Shown: piece by piece, positions 16,318 to 27,844 of the stretch
Numbering within the stretch: the stretch's first letter is position 1
How the letters are laid out: the number at the start of each line of letters is the position of its first letter
Notes under the pieces: generated by a model
The model's input: the letters and a program-made list of their open reading frames with translations, nothing else
The model's database searches: none
Told to the model about the DNA's origin: nothing
NCBI GenBank assembly: GCA_963797555.1
Contig: CAWCPV010000003.1
Span: 1 to 64,000, forward strand
Source of the DNA: an uncultured Gammaproteobacteria bacterium
GTDB lineage: Bacteria > Pseudomonadota > Gammaproteobacteria > CAWCPV01
Reading direction: 5' to 3'
Length of the DNA: 64,000 bases
Program-made: the position numbers and the translations under genes

Positions 16318-17069
16318 TGTCGACCAAGAAAAAACGTCAACCGGTCGATCCGGTCAAAAAAACTATCGGCATTCTCGCCGAACGTTCACTCCATGCCGCG
16401 TTAAAGCAATGGTATGCCCAAGTCGGCGACGAGACCGAAGTGCCGCTGGAGGGCTTTCACATAGACCTTGTGCGCGACGACCTCCTCATCGAAATCCAGA
16501 CGCGCAATTTTTACGCCCTCAAACGCAAACTCCCCAAACTGCTCGAAAATCATCGCCTGCGTCTGGTTCATCCGATCGCCGCCGAAAAATGGCTTGTGCG
16601 CGTCGCCGCCGACGGCGTCACCGAAATCTCGCGAAGGCGTTCACCCAAACGCGGCACCTTTGAAGATATCTTTGACGAACTGGTGCATGTTCCGACGCTC
16701 CTGACGCATCCCAATTTTTCGCTCGACATTCTGCTCATCCGGCAAGAGGAAATTCGTCGTGTTCGCGGCACCCGCGAAAAACCCGCCAAGCGCACGCGCT
16801 TTCCGCGTGATTGGGACCGGCACGACCATCGTCTGCTGGAGGTACTGGGTTCGCGTCTGATTCTCTCCCGTGAGGACTTGCGGGGATTTCTTCCTATCGA
16901 TTTGCCAAGCCCTTTTACGAACCGCGAGCTGGCTCGTATGCTCGGCAACAACTATCCCCGCGCGCAATCAATGACCTATGTGATGCGCCAAATTGGTATC
17001 CTCGACGTGGTCGGCAAACGCGGGCGTTCGATTCTATACGCGCCTACGGGTGAATCGGACAGAAGTTGA
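16317..17069 (+). CDS. Conserved hypothetical protein, possible PD-(D/E)XK-fold nuclease
   Basis: ERSLHAALKQWY, IDLVRDDLLIEIQT motif. Confidence 0.55.
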   Translation: MSTKKKRQPVDPVKKTIGILAERSLHAALKQWYAQVGDETEVPLEGFHIDLVRDDLLIEIQTRNFYALKRKLPKLLENHRLRLVHPIAAEKWLVRVAADGVTEISRRRSPKRGTFEDIFDELVHVPTLLTHPNFSLDILLIRQEEIRRVRGTREKPAKRTRFPRDWDRHDHRLLEVLGSRLILSREDLRGFLPIDLPSPFTNRELARMLGNNYPRAQSMTYVMRQIGILDVVGKRGRSILYAPTGESDRS

Positions 17070-17117
17070 TTCGTGTTCTGTGTCGTCACGCAGGGCGTGA
17101 CAGGAGTTTCGGACCGG

Positions 17118-17757
17118 ATGCGCCAAATTCTCCACCTTGACCTTGACGCGTTTTACGCCACCGTCGAAATGCTCCTCAACCCCGCGCTGCGCGGCAAACC
17201 GCTCATTGTCGCGATGGGGGACATTAACACACGCGGGGTCGTGGCAACCGCGTCGTACGCGGCGCGCAAGTTTGGCGTTCACAGCGCGATGTCCCTGCGC
17301 GAAGCAAAACGCCTCTGCCCGCAAGCGATTATTGTTCCCGTGCGCCACAAAATCTATTCTGAACACTCGGCGCGCGTGATGAGCCTCTTGCGCGAAATCT
17401 CCCCTTTGGTCGAACAGGTCTCGATTGACGAAGCATATATTGAAATTACAGCCGAACGGGATGGGGTCGCCGCCGCGCGCGAAATCCAACGGCGCATCCA
17501 CGAGGAACTGCACCTGTCATGCACGATTTCCGTCGCGTCAAACAAACTCGTCTCGAAAATTGCATGCAACACGGTGAAACCGCGCGGCTTTATTGTGGTT
17601 GCGGGGGGAGAGGAAAAAAACTTTATTGCGCCCTTGCCGGTCGGCAAGATACCGGGGGCGGGGCAGGTCACCCGCGCGAAATTGAAATCGAAATGGGGCG
17701 TCGAAACAATCGGCGATCTCGCCAACGTGCCGGTCGAGGAATTGCGCGCCGAATTTC
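17118..17757 (+). pseudogene. dinB: DNA polymerase IV, truncated at the segment junction
   Basis: ILHLDLDAFYA, ASYAARKFGVHSAM, SIDEAY, SNKLVSKIA, IPGAG; homology stops at ELRAEF, little-finger domain absent. Confidence 0.85.
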
Positions 17758-18128
17758 CAACTGGGCCCGTCGTGCCAGCGCTGTCCACTGCCCAGACACG
17801 CCAGCGGCCTGGCTGCGCGTCCACTAAAGCTGAAGGTGCAGGTGGGTGACATGAGACCTGGGGGTAGTGTTGACTGTTATTCCGTTGAACCGCTCTCGAT
17901 AGCCCGAGAGGATCGAAGAATACCCCCGGCCCGCCCCGCAGTGCCGAAGCCCGCACGCGGCCTCGAACCGGTACCGCGGGCGGACAGAGATTGCGGTATA
18001 GTATCTGGCGCGCGTGTCCGGCGGCCGTAGGGACCTCCGCGAGGCGAGATCACCCCGCCGGGTCAGGCGCACCGATCCATCCATCCGGCTTAAGAGAACG
18101 CCGCAAAGCGGCGAAGGGAGGCAACCAC

Positions 18129-18458
18129 GTGGACATCAAAGAATTTCTCTCCTGGATTCCCGGCTGGCTCGGCTTCCTGCTGCTCATCATCATCGGCCTG
18201 CTCATGGCCATTCACGGCATCTTCAACCCGCTGGGGACCGTGTTCACCCATGGCAACCGGGTGGGCTTCATCGTATTCGGTCTCTGCGCTCTGCTGGTCG
18301 GGGCCTTCTCCTGGATCGTCGGCGGCACCTCACAGCCGAAGGGGAGAGCGGGCACCGTGGGTGTCAAGGTCGCCATCGGCGACCTGCCATGGTGGGGGTT
18401 CCTGGTCGACGCCGGGCTCGTCGTCGTCGCCATCGTCCTCTTCCTGGCGCTCAAGTAG
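18129..18458 (+). CDS. Small 3-TM membrane protein
   Basis: GTG after GGGAGG; three hydrophobic segments; strong GC3 codon bias. Confidence 0.55.
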   Translation: MDIKEFLSWIPGWLGFLLLIIIGLLMAIHGIFNPLGTVFTHGNRVGFIVFGLCALLVGAFSWIVGGTSQPKGRAGTVGVKVAIGDLPWWGFLVDAGLVVVAIVLFLALK

Positions 18459-18707
18459 GGCACTGACGGACCGCTCGCCGCCGCGAGCGGTTCCGCGGCC
18501 GATCCCGGCTCGGAGGTCAAAACCATGCGGGCGGTGAGCAGCGCATAGGCTGCTTACCGCCGGACTCATTCTTAAGGCGCGTTTAAAGCGCGGGACGCAT
18601 ACGCTTTGCGAGACCGGGCCTTCGCCTCGGTCAGGCGGGCGCATTGGATGATCAAGGTCTCCGAAGGCTCCAGCCCACGCCGCCTCGAGGGGTCCGTCGG
18701 CAGCCAT

Positions 18708-19385
18708 CTACTTGATGGTCCTGATCTCGAAATAGTCGACTCGGATACCATCCTCTGGAGGAAAGCTCTCCATATCGTACTGCTTATAGGTATAGGCAGA
18801 GATTCTAGGCCTTCCGTTGAGGTTGGGGAAGATATTTGTGCCCGTGGGTGACCAACCCTTTCCGTCGAGGCTATAGAAACCAGTATACTCGACGCCTTTT
18901 TTCTTTATCTTGAAGAAAAGAGGACCGGAAAGGTTTCCAGGCTTGATGGCAACGGCCGACCACTCATCGCGTACATTTTTGCCCCAAGTAATGGAGTCCT
19001 TGCCTTCGTATTGGAGCGAAATGAAATTCTTGTCGTCCCTCGTAAGCCGCAGTCGAATCACCTGACCTTCCTGTTGCGGCGGCGTCTGGAACTTGACTTC
19101 GATCTCGCAGTTCTCGGGCAAAGGCTTATCATATTCAAACTCGTTCTTCGGGCCTTTCTCCGTATTCGTCATCACGATAAGCAAGTACTCGTTGTCGATC
19201 AGCGTCCACCGGTCGGCGTCGTTGCCGAGGACGGTCCATTCCGGTCGCAGAGATGTTCCCGTGAAGTCATCGCGAAATACCACCTCCTCTGCGGCCTGTA
19301 CCGATGTAGACGCCGCCAAGATAATGCCTATCATGAGCCCGAACCGGGGCAGACGGCGACTACGAAGCAGTTTCGTCTTGGTCAT
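18708..19385 (-). CDS. Exported ConA-like/beta-xylosidase C-terminal (DUF1349-like) domain protein
   Basis: Signal peptide, FRDDFTGTSLRPEW, YTGFYSLDGKGW, VDYFEI. Confidence 0.6.
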   Translation of the reverse strand: MTKTKLLRSRRLPRFGLMIGIILAASTSVQAAEEVVFRDDFTGTSLRPEWTVLGNDADRWTLIDNEYLLIVMTNTEKGPKNEFEYDKPLPENCEIEVKFQTPPQQEGQVIRLRLTRDDKNFISLQYEGKDSITWGKNVRDEWSAVAIKPGNLSGPLFFKIKKKGVEYTGFYSLDGKGWSPTGTNIFPNLNGRPRISAYTYKQYDMESFPPEDGIRVDYFEIRTIK

Positions 19386-19571
19386 GGTACGCTCCTCCTG
19401 AGCTGGAATGGACATGATCGATCAGACTCGAGTTGTCGGACTGAACATCTTTTCAGACTCCATCCCGACGGTGAAGGGCGTTCGCCCCGCGCCCTGCCAC
19501 GTTGACGGGAATACATCGCCTTTAATGACCACGGTAGAAGTCTCATTCGCCGAGATTCAAAGCATCGCGTG

Positions 19572-20330
19572 TTACCCACTCCTGGTCCCCGTCGGTCGGG
19601 CAATTGGGGTCAAAGCGAACGAGATAGCTACCGCCCCTGTAGTCCATACTTTGCCAGGCGCCCATTTGCCACCGCCCGAGCTAACGTCGACCTCGACCAA
19701 CACCGAGAGCTTCTGCGCCGGTGGCCCGGGCGGAATGAGTTTCTTCTTGAACACGTGCCCAAAGGGTACGCGCGCCTCGGAGGAGAAGCTGTACAGTACC
19801 CGAACGGAGTCCGCACCCACCTCGACCACCTTTGCCGGGTAAGCGCAGCTCTCGTTTTCCCAGGTGGCGAGCACGGCCTCCCCGACTTGGAAATCGCGCG
19901 TCATCTCCCGTCCACGATCAGGGGGGAATGCGGCCATCCCGCCAGTTCGTCGCAGACGGGCTGCTGCGGTTGCCGCGCCCGGCTGCGGGCCCGGCTTCGG
20001 TCGGACTCCCTCCGGCGGCGCCGTGGCGGCACCCAGCGCGAAAACGAAGTCCCCACGAGCGAGCAGGTAGTCCGCTATCTTGCCGTACTGCGGGTTCTGC
20101 CGCCCGAACTGCGGCACTACTCGCTGCAGGTACAGGCCCAATTCGGTCCCGGTCACGTAGCCGTCCTTGTCCAGGTCCGCAAGCCCCCGCCCGATGGCAT
20201 CGACGAAGGCCGGCGCGAACACGCTCCGGGCCGGCACGGTCTGGTTCGCCTTGCCCGCGGTGATGAACTCCCGCACCGGCTCGGCCGTGAGATCCGAGAT
20301 GTGCGGCGGCACCGGCGGGAGATCGCGGGC
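19572..20330 (-). pseudogene. C-terminal half of a caspase-like (C14) protein fused to a Tudor/Agenet-like domain; catalytic half missing
   Basis: PVREFITAGKANQTVPARSVF..DLDKDGYVTGTELG..QNPQYGKI..RGDFVF closely matches the caspase at 61192-62539; no HG/SC dyad upstream; FQVGEAVLATW..YPAKV follows. Confidence 0.6.
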
Positions 20331-20775
20331 GCCGCCGCCTGCCGCTGGTCGATGAAACGAAAACTGGGATCGTCGCGGGCTCGGCGTATCCACGTGGCCC
20401 GACAGGGCTCCGCGGTGGCGGCCGTCGCATGGCGGGCCCGAGCCCTGAAACAGCGGCCCGCCGTTTGAACGGCCTTGGCCTCGCGATTGACGCCACCTCA
20501 CGGCCGGGTCATACTCGGTCACACGGGACCACGCTCCCCATGAAGCGGCACAACAATAAACGGGAGATCTCGCGCCGCGCTGCCTACGCCAGCGGAAATT
20601 CCCGGAGACTCGAAGCCCGGAAGACGTCACCGCGCCCCGGCAGACTCGTAAGGGCCAGCGCAGGATGGAGGAAGGACTACAGCGGATGGGGTAGCCGCTA
20701 AGTTGGGGTTGCTCGTCGGACAGCCCGCACCGAGCGGTCGCCCCGTGAGATCATCACTTCACGGGAGAACTCAGT

Positions 20776-22854
20776 ATGTCAAGCAGACGTTGCGCTGCCA
20801 TAGCGTTTTTGCTGTCGGCGATGTGGATTGTCGATGTCAGCGCCGCGCCCGCCTCACCCACCAATTATGCACTGCTCATCGGTATCCAGAAGTATGACGC
20901 CCCCGGCGTGAACCCTCTCGATGGCCCGCGAAACGACATCGTCCTGGTGGAGGAGCTACTGCAAAAGCGCTTCCGGGTTCCGAAGGAGAACATCACTACG
21001 CTCCTCGATGCCCAGGCCACCCACAGCGAAATAGAAAAGGCTTTCGCGCGGCTCGCCGAGCGGGTAAAACCGGGCGATTTCGTCTATATCGACTACTCGG
21101 GGCACGGCTCCGAGTATCCCGATAAGAGGGATGAACGTGGCGAGGATCAAACCTGGGTCAGTTATGGAGCCCGTTCCGACAAGTTTGCAGGGATCGACCA
21201 CTACGACGTGCTGGACAAGGAGATCGACTCGTGGCTGGTGCCCCTTTATCAGAAGACCGACCACATCGTCTTCGTCTCCGACTCGTGCCACTCGGCCACC
21301 GTGAGCCGAGGCGAGATCCGCGGCGTACGTAGTGCGAAACCAGAGCAGACGACCAGCCACCCAGCGCTTCAGAAGCCTTTGGCTCCGGAACCGTTCCGAT
21401 CGGCCAAGGCACCCGGCATTCGCATCGGAGCCGCCCGTGACCCGGAGAACGCCGTCGAGATCGTCGAGCAAGGGAAGGCCTACGGCGTGTTCACCTGGTT
21501 CTGGGTACAAGCACTGGAGCAGGCCAAGCCCGGCGAAACTTGGGATGACGCCTTCAAGCGCGCCTACGCGCTTGTCACCACCCAGCGCGGCGCTTATCAG
21601 CGCCCGCAGATGGAAGGGCACGCCAACTGGACAGTGTTCGGTGGGCGTTTCGAGGCGCTGCAGCCGACTGTGCCCGTGACCGAGGTGGACGAGGCGGCGC
21701 GGACCGCAACGATCGCGGTGGGGGCGGTCAACGGCGCGACCGCGAAGTCGGTCTACCGCCTCTACCAGCCCGCCGGCGCGCAAGCGGCCGAGCCCGCCCC
21801 GACCCTCGAGCTGACCAACGTCAGGGCATACTCCAGCCTGGGTGCCCTCAAGCGGGGCAGCCTCAAGAAAGACGACCTTGTCATCGAGGCCGAGCACGCC
21901 TACCCCTTCGACCCCATCAAGGTGGCCGTCGAGGGCGATTACGTCAAGGACAAGGACCGGGCGCTCGCGCAGCGCATCGAGGGCGCCGTGAAAGGGCTGA
22001 AGGGCTTCGAGCTGGTCGGGCAGCGCTCCCAGGCGGACTGGATAGCCTATGTCCTGCGGCCCGTGCGCGGCGGGGGCGGGCAATACGTCTACGAGTCCAA
22101 GCACACCCTGCCTCGCTCCTCACCGGAGCAGCCGCCCGAAGTCTGGGTGATAAGCCCCCAGGAGAAGCTGCTGCATGAGAAGATGCGCATCCCTCTAAAG
22201 GACCCCGAACGGGGCCTCGCGACGCTCGCGGGCAACCTGACCACGTTTGCACGGGTGCAGGAGCTGAAGCGGCTCGCCGCCCAGGGGACACCCCTGCCGG
22301 TCACCGTGACCGCCTTCCGGCTGCAGGCGGCGCCCGGCTGTGACAAGGACTGCGTGCGCCTTCCGGGGCAGACCGGCGGGGAGCGGACCTACCGCAAGCA
22401 GCCCGGCCAGCCCCTGGAGGCGCTGCGCTCGGAGTCGTTCAAACGCGGCGACATCCTCGGCTTCGCCGTCGAGAACGACGGCCGGGACCCCCTTTACGTC
22501 TACCTGCTCGACATCGGGCCAGACGCCGACGTGCACGCGGTGTTCCCCGCTGGCTACGAGGCCCGGGAGCACGCGCGCCTCGGGCCGGGGGAGTCCCGCG
22601 ATTTGAGTCAGGAGGCTGGCCTCCTGCTCGATATGCGCGGCACGGAGATGGTCAAGCTCATTGCGAGCAGCGAGCCGATCGACGTGAGGCTGTTCGAGCT
22701 CGCTGGCTACCGAGCGGTGCAGGCGCAGAGGGGGGGCACCCTCAACCCGCTGGAGCACCTGCTCGCCTCAGCCATGTATACCCGCGGCCAAGTGATGTCC
22801 GTAGCACCCAAGAGCTGGGGGACCGAGCAGGCCGAGTTCCCCGTGAGCGATTAG
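20776..22854 (+). CDS. Exported caspase-like peptidase C14 with C-terminal DUF4384-like domain
   Basis: Signal peptide; ALLIGIQKY, YSGHGS, SDSCHS dyad, YGVFT; C-terminal YVYLLDIGPD..VFP..GTEMVKLIAS. Confidence 0.85.
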   Translation: MSSRRCAAIAFLLSAMWIVDVSAAPASPTNYALLIGIQKYDAPGVNPLDGPRNDIVLVEELLQKRFRVPKENITTLLDAQATHSEIEKAFARLAERVKPGDFVYIDYSGHGSEYPDKRDERGEDQTWVSYGARSDKFAGIDHYDVLDKEIDSWLVPLYQKTDHIVFVSDSCHSATVSRGEIRGVRSAKPEQTTSHPALQKPLAPEPFRSAKAPGIRIGAARDPENAVEIVEQGKAYGVFTWFWVQALEQAKPGETWDDAFKRAYALVTTQRGAYQRPQMEGHANWTVFGGRFEALQPTVPVTEVDEAARTATIAVGAVNGATAKSVYRLYQPAGAQAAEPAPTLELTNVRAYSSLGALKRGSLKKDDLVIEAEHAYPFDPIKVAVEGDYVKDKDRALAQRIEGAVKGLKGFELVGQRSQADWIAYVLRPVRGGGGQYVYESKHTLPRSSPEQPPEVWVISPQEKLLHEKMRIPLKDPERGLATLAGNLTTFARVQELKRLAAQGTPLPVTVTAFRLQAAPGCDKDCVRLPGQTGGERTYRKQPGQPLEALRSESFKRGDILGFAVENDGRDPLYVYLLDIGPDADVHAVFPAGYEAREHARLGPGESRDLSQEAGLLLDMRGTEMVKLIASSEPIDVRLFELAGYRAVQAQRGGTLNPLEHLLASAMYTRGQVMSVAPKSWGTEQAEFPVSD

Positions 22855-22913
22855 AGAACGCCGCAGGTCACAAGCATCGGAACTCGCCGACCCCGTCACC
22901 GTCGAGGAACGCC

Positions 22914-23618
22914 ATGCTGGAAGCACTGCGCACCCCGTTTTTCGTGATCGCGCTCATCGCGCTGCTCTTGGTGGTGCTGGTGGAGCTCGCCTCGGTGGGC
23001 TTTCTCGGGACCGTCGCCACCGACGCTTACGGCAGCCTGCAGAATCCGGGCTACGGCATCCGGTACCTCGCGCTGCTGGACGGTCTACTGCTGTTTACGG
23101 TGGCCTTGATGGCCGTCTCGCTCCTCGTTCCTGAGCGCATCCACGGGCGCGTGCAGGGGATCGTGACGCTCATCTTCTCCCTGCTCCTGCTGCTGGGCGC
23201 CATCGTGCTCATTTTCGTAGCCATCGGTCTGCTCATGCTCATGGTCTCGCTGCTGCTTGCGGTGCCGTTCGGGACCATCGCCTACATGGCGGCCTTCGCC
23301 GACTTCAGCGTGGGAGCAGCGCGGGCAACGCTGGGCACACTCATGACCCTCAAGCTGGTGTTCGCGGTGTGCCTGATGCTGGCCCAGCAGCGCTTCCTGG
23401 AGAACAAAGGGCTGGTGCTGCTCATCCTGACCTCGCTGCTCGCGAACGTGATCGTGAGCTTCCTGCACGGCTTCGTCCCCGGCTTCCTGGTGAGCATTAC
23501 GGACGACGTTGGCGCTATCGTGGTGGGTATCCTGGCCGCCATCTGGGCGCTGGTGTTTCTGATCGGCTCCATCCCGGCAGTGATCAAGGCGCTGCGGGTG
23601 GACCGGGCACTGGCGTGA
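22914..23618 (+). CDS. Polytopic membrane protein
   Basis: Intact 234-aa ORF with about 6 TM helices; GAGGA RBS. Confidence 0.7.
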   Translation: MLEALRTPFFVIALIALLLVVLVELASVGFLGTVATDAYGSLQNPGYGIRYLALLDGLLLFTVALMAVSLLVPERIHGRVQGIVTLIFSLLLLLGAIVLIFVAIGLLMLMVSLLLAVPFGTIAYMAAFADFSVGAARATLGTLMTLKLVFAVCLMLAQQRFLENKGLVLLILTSLLANVIVSFLHGFVPGFLVSITDDVGAIVVGILAAIWALVFLIGSIPAVIKALRVDRALA

Positions 23619-23709
23619 AGGCGGCGGTCGGACGGCGGGCTTCGCGCCCGCCCAGACACTACACGCCAACATATGGGGCTACCGGCTGCCCATGCCGTTA
23701 TACACATCT

Positions 23710-23803
23710 CGTCGTTCCGCCAGGGAATGGCGGAACCCAGAACACAGGGATATGGTGGTGCCTTCCTGGCCCCTGGATTCCGGCAATCCATGCCGGAATG
23801 ACG
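23710..23803. repeat. Double-hairpin palindromic element (REP/RPE-like)
   Basis: gttccgcca-gggaa-tggcggaac and attccggca-atcca-tgccggaat; ends are imperfect inverted repeats of each other. Confidence 0.7.
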
Positions 23804-23897
23804 GCAGGATGCTGATTTGTGTATAAGGGTGTGGCCGGCTGCCTCGGTCAACTTGCCGTTGGGGTATTCCGCGGTGCACGGCGTGATTTTTTCACTC

Positions 23898-26132
23898 GCC
23901 CAGTAGTAAGGATGGGCGTAGGGCCGGGCGGGGTCGGGCACGTAGGCGGGGGCCTGTGGGCCGGATTGGCTGTCCGTGCCTACCCGCAGCACCTCGCCGC
24001 GGTCGCCTGTCGCCCCTGGCGTCGGCGCCGGCACGCTTAGCTTGCCCTGCATCATCTCGACCTGGGCGCGGCGCAGCGCCTCGGCCTTGCTTAGGTGCTC
24101 GCCCTCGCGCAGCGCGTACATGCGCTCCATCAGGGCCGCGGTGGTCTGGTCCGCCACGGGCCAGAGGGTCGCGAGCACGCCCTTGGCGCCCTTCTTCTCC
24201 GCCGTGACCGCGAGTCCCTCGACCTCCCGGCCCTGCCCGCTGCCTACCGCCGTCTCGCAGGCGGACAGGGTGAGCAGATCGACGTTCTGGAAGTCGTAGT
24301 GGCCGGTGCGGATGTCCCTCAGGCTCAGAGTGCTGCCATCGCCCAGGAGCAGGAAGGAATCGGCCTCGGTTGGGCTGAACCGGAAGTGGCTTGCCACGTG
24401 CACCACGGAATAGCGGGGAGAAAGGTCGCGCCGCAGCTCTTCCCGCGTGAAGTCCTGGTCGAGGTGGATCGTGCCTTCGAGCACACCGCCCGCGTGCCCC
24501 TGGCCCTTGACGATGCCTTCGAGCTCCGCCTTCGCGCCCGGAAGCCGCGGAAAGTCCCGCAGCGCCTGCGTGACCCCGAAACCGGCCGCCTTCCAGGCCG
24601 CCTTGGGCCGGTCCTTGATCCGGTCGGCCGCCGGCTCGATGTAGACCGCCACCGCGTAGCGCTCGGCCAGATACTGGCGGCCGTCGTAGAGAGCGGCGAG
24701 CGGCACATAGCGCAACACCCCGTCGAGCGAGACCATCAGGGTCTTGGCGTGTGCCTGCTCCAAGTCTTCGGCGAGCGGGGCGATCAACAGGTCGTAGAGC
24801 GCTTTCGCCCGCGGGCGCGGGTCGAGCCTGGGGCTGCGCAGGGCTTCGAGCAGCTCGTGGGTGAGGCGGTTGATCGTTTTCTCGCCGGTGGCGAGCCTGT
24901 AGGGCTTCTGCACGTCTGCCGTGGTGAGCAGGATGCACAGCCCGTCTTCGAGGACGATGTACTGCAAGAGCACCGTGCCGGGGCCCAGCTCGCCGACCGT
25001 GCCCATGCGGGCGGTATCGAACTGGCGCTCGGCGAGTTCCTTCACCCGCGCCTGGTCGAGCTGCGCGAACGACCGCTTCAGGTCGTCCAGCATATGAGTA
25101 AATGCCTGGCTCGCGACTTCGAGGTCGGCCTCGAGCTGCTGGAGCCGCACCCGGTCCTGGGTGCTGAGGGCGGATGGGTCCTTACTCTTGAGCGCGCGCT
25201 GCTCCGCGCCGAGCTTTACAAGCTGAGCGGCGATTTGCTGGTAGCGCGCATTCCAGGGCTGCTCCGAGACAGTGTAGCCCACGGTGGTGGCACGCACATC
25301 CGCGGCGGCGTCCCGGCGCACGAAGTCGAAGTACTCTTCCTCCTTCAACATCGCCAGCACCTGTTCGGCCTCGGGCAGGCGGCCCGCATCGATCAGCCGG
25401 TCGGCGAGGTCACGATAGACCTGGCTCTTGTCCGTGAGAAAGCTCTTCTGCAGTTCACGCTCGAGCGTCGTGAGCTGGCCACGCATGCCCTGAAGGTTGA
25501 CCGCCTGCTTGCCGTAGAAGATGGCCTCCGAGGGGCGCTGCTGTTGTGCCGCGAGCTGTGCGAGGTTGGCCTGGACGGCGCCACAGCACCTCGGGAGACC
25601 TTCCGCCCGCGACGACCGCGAGCGCCCGCTGGTAGAGCGGCTCGGCCTTGGCATAGGCGCCCATCTCTCGATACAGCTCCGCCAGGTTGTTGAGGCTTGT
25701 GGCGGTGAGCGGATGCTCGGGGCCGAGGACCTTTTCGAAGATGGCGAGCGCCCGCCGGTACAGCGGCTCGGCCTTGGCGTAGGCGCCCATCCAGTAGTAC
25801 AGCTCCGCCAGGTTGTTGAGGCTCTTGGCGGTATCCGGATGCTCAGGGCCGAGGGCCTTCTCGCGGAGGGCAATCGCCTTCTCGGCCAGCACGATTGCCT
25901 CGGCGTAGCGGCCGCTTCGGTAGAGTGCTTCGACCTTCCGGCTCAGTGCGTCCGCTTCCGCAGCAGCATCCGCGGAGCCGTGCTCAGGGCCGTCGGTCAC
26001 GGCCTGCTCGACGAGAGGAGGCGGTGCGCCCTGCGCTGTCGTCTCCTCGGCGAACACGCACGTCGTCACCACCAAGCCCGTCAGGGCGGTCACCAGAGCC
26101 AAGCCGTATCTCAGCGTGGTCAGAGCAGTCAC
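23898..26132 (-). CDS. Exported TPR + CHAT (caspase-clan) protease; frameshifted, last residues lost
   Basis: Signal-like N-terminus, TPRs (LGPEHPDTAKSLNNLA), LYDLLIAP, DGVLRYVPLAAL, HVASHF and LSACET dyad, ATLWPVAD, HPYYWA then unrelated sequence. Confidence 0.85.
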
Positions 26133-26162
26133 GCTGCAGCCTCGAGCAGCGGCGCGACTAAC

Positions 26163-26785
26163 TCCCTGAGGTAAGCCCCCGGCTTTGCCGGGGGACTCAC
26201 CGAGGTTTGACCTATACGACGGTCGTCGTGAATCTCCCATCTCCGCCAAGAGAAGGAGACGCACGATGAAAAAGTACCAGAGTCTGATCCACACGAAGTG
26301 GGACTGTAAGTACCATGTGATATTCATCCCGAAGCGCAGGAAGAAGCGGATCTTCGGGGCGCTGCGCCGCCACCTAGGACAGATCTTCCGCGAGTTGGCG
26401 GGCCACAAGGAATCGAAGGTAGTTGAAGGGCACCTGATGTCGGATCACGTGCACATGTGCCTGAGCATACCGCCCAAGTATGCGGTGGCCAATGTGGTGG
26501 GGTACATGAAAGGCAAGAGCGCTATCCAAATCGCCCGGAGGTTCGCAGGCAGGCAGCGGAACTTCACCGGAGAGAACTTCTGGGCACGCGGGTACTTTGT
26601 ATCCACGGTGGGCTTAGATGAGGCGATGGTCAGGGCCTACATCCGGAACCAAGAGCAAGAGGACGAGCGCTACGATCAGCTAATGCTGGGGACATAGGTC
26701 CAGCCGCCTTGGGCGGCTCCCGGTGTTATGGCGCCTTTGAGGCGCTCACCCAATAAGCCCACGGCTTTGCCGGGGGTGAGTTAAC
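26163..26785 (+). mobile_element. IS200/IS605-family insertion sequence (tnpA only)
   Basis: Subterminal hairpins cccccggctttgccggggg (left) and ccacggctttgccggggg (right); TAACTCC at both boundaries; tnpA inside. Confidence 0.85.
26266..26697 (+). CDS. tnpA: IS200-type HUH (Y1) transposase
   Basis: CKYHVIFIPK, DHVHM HUH motif, KGKS, FWARGYFVSTVG, YIRNQ. Confidence 0.95.
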   Translation: MKKYQSLIHTKWDCKYHVIFIPKRRKKRIFGALRRHLGQIFRELAGHKESKVVEGHLMSDHVHMCLSIPPKYAVANVVGYMKGKSAIQIARRFAGRQRNFTGENFWARGYFVSTVGLDEAMVRAYIRNQEQEDERYDQLMLGT

Positions 26786-27145
26786 TCCAGCGGAAGCCCC
26801 AATATGCGGCAGTCCGGAGGATATAGCGGGCGGCACGAGGAGACGGCGCCATGGAACCAGCCGCTCGGCGGGGCCATGAACGGGGCTGCCAGCACCGCCA
26901 CGCTCATTGACCCGTGGCGCAACAAGCCTTCCAATGTTCTCGGGCGGCGAAACTCGTCATGACCGGCCCGGCGGCTGCCCGGAGAGGGCGATAAGGAACC
27001 GGGGGGAACAGACGAAAGTTCACGGGAAAATACGCGGAAGACGCCTCAGACTGCCCCTCGCCCACGTCTTGCCGCGTGTTGTGCCCCCGCGGGCAAACTT
27101 GAATCTGATAGTTCTCATACTAGCCCAGCCAGCCGATGCGGGGGG

Positions 27146-27754
27146 CTACTCGATGTTCACCTGGAGGCGCCGGCCGCCTGGCACGCAGCTCTCGCAACAG
27201 CCTTCGCACGTCAAGGTCAGGGTACCACCGTCGCTCAATGCCACCAGATCTACCGGCTCTCCCGGGCGCTTGCGCAGCCAGCAGCTCCACGTCGCGCCTT
27301 CTTGCTTTTTCCCGGGCTCGTACTTCAGCTTGAGCTTGAGGCCGGCGGGCAGCGGCTCTTGCGGGAAACAGTTCGGGTCAGCGCCTTGCTTGAACGGCCC
27401 GTCCTTCTGGAAAGAGGCCCAGACGTAGACTCCGGCACCCGCGTCGGACACGCGCACCGACGCCTTTCGGTACTTCGGGCCTTCCGCGCCAGCCCCCGGG
27501 ATGTGCATCGCGCAAGATTGCCTGGCCTGGGTCAGCGTAATCGGGCGGTCGGCAGGCTGGTCGTCACAGCGCAGTCGGCTCAGGTCCAGCCGCGGCCCGA
27601 AGCCGGAGAGCCAGCCGGTCGCCCGAGCGACCCAACTGTCCTGTGTGGCGGAGGGGTTGGACGGCTGGCTGGCGTTCATGTGGAAGCCGACGGCGAGCGC
27701 CGCGAGGTAGAGCAGCGCAAGGACGACGAGAGCCACGATGAACAGCCGTTTCAT
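27146..27754 (-). CDS. Exported/membrane-anchored Cys-containing hypothetical protein
   Basis: N-terminal hydrophobic helix; downstream of CIS operon on same strand. Confidence 0.6.
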   Translation of the reverse strand: MKRLFIVALVVLALLYLAALAVGFHMNASQPSNPSATQDSWVARATGWLSGFGPRLDLSRLRCDDQPADRPITLTQARQSCAMHIPGAGAEGPKYRKASVRVSDAGAGVYVWASFQKDGPFKQGADPNCFPQEPLPAGLKLKLKYEPGKKQEGATWSCWLRKRPGEPVDLVALSDGGTLTLTCEGCCESCVPGGRRLQVNIE

Positions 27755-27844
27755 GATGCCACACGACGTGCGTGAGAATTGCGGGAAACGTCAGGCATTT
27801 CAGGCTCGTCCCTCTGCCTCGGTCTCGACCGGTCGGTGCCGTTT

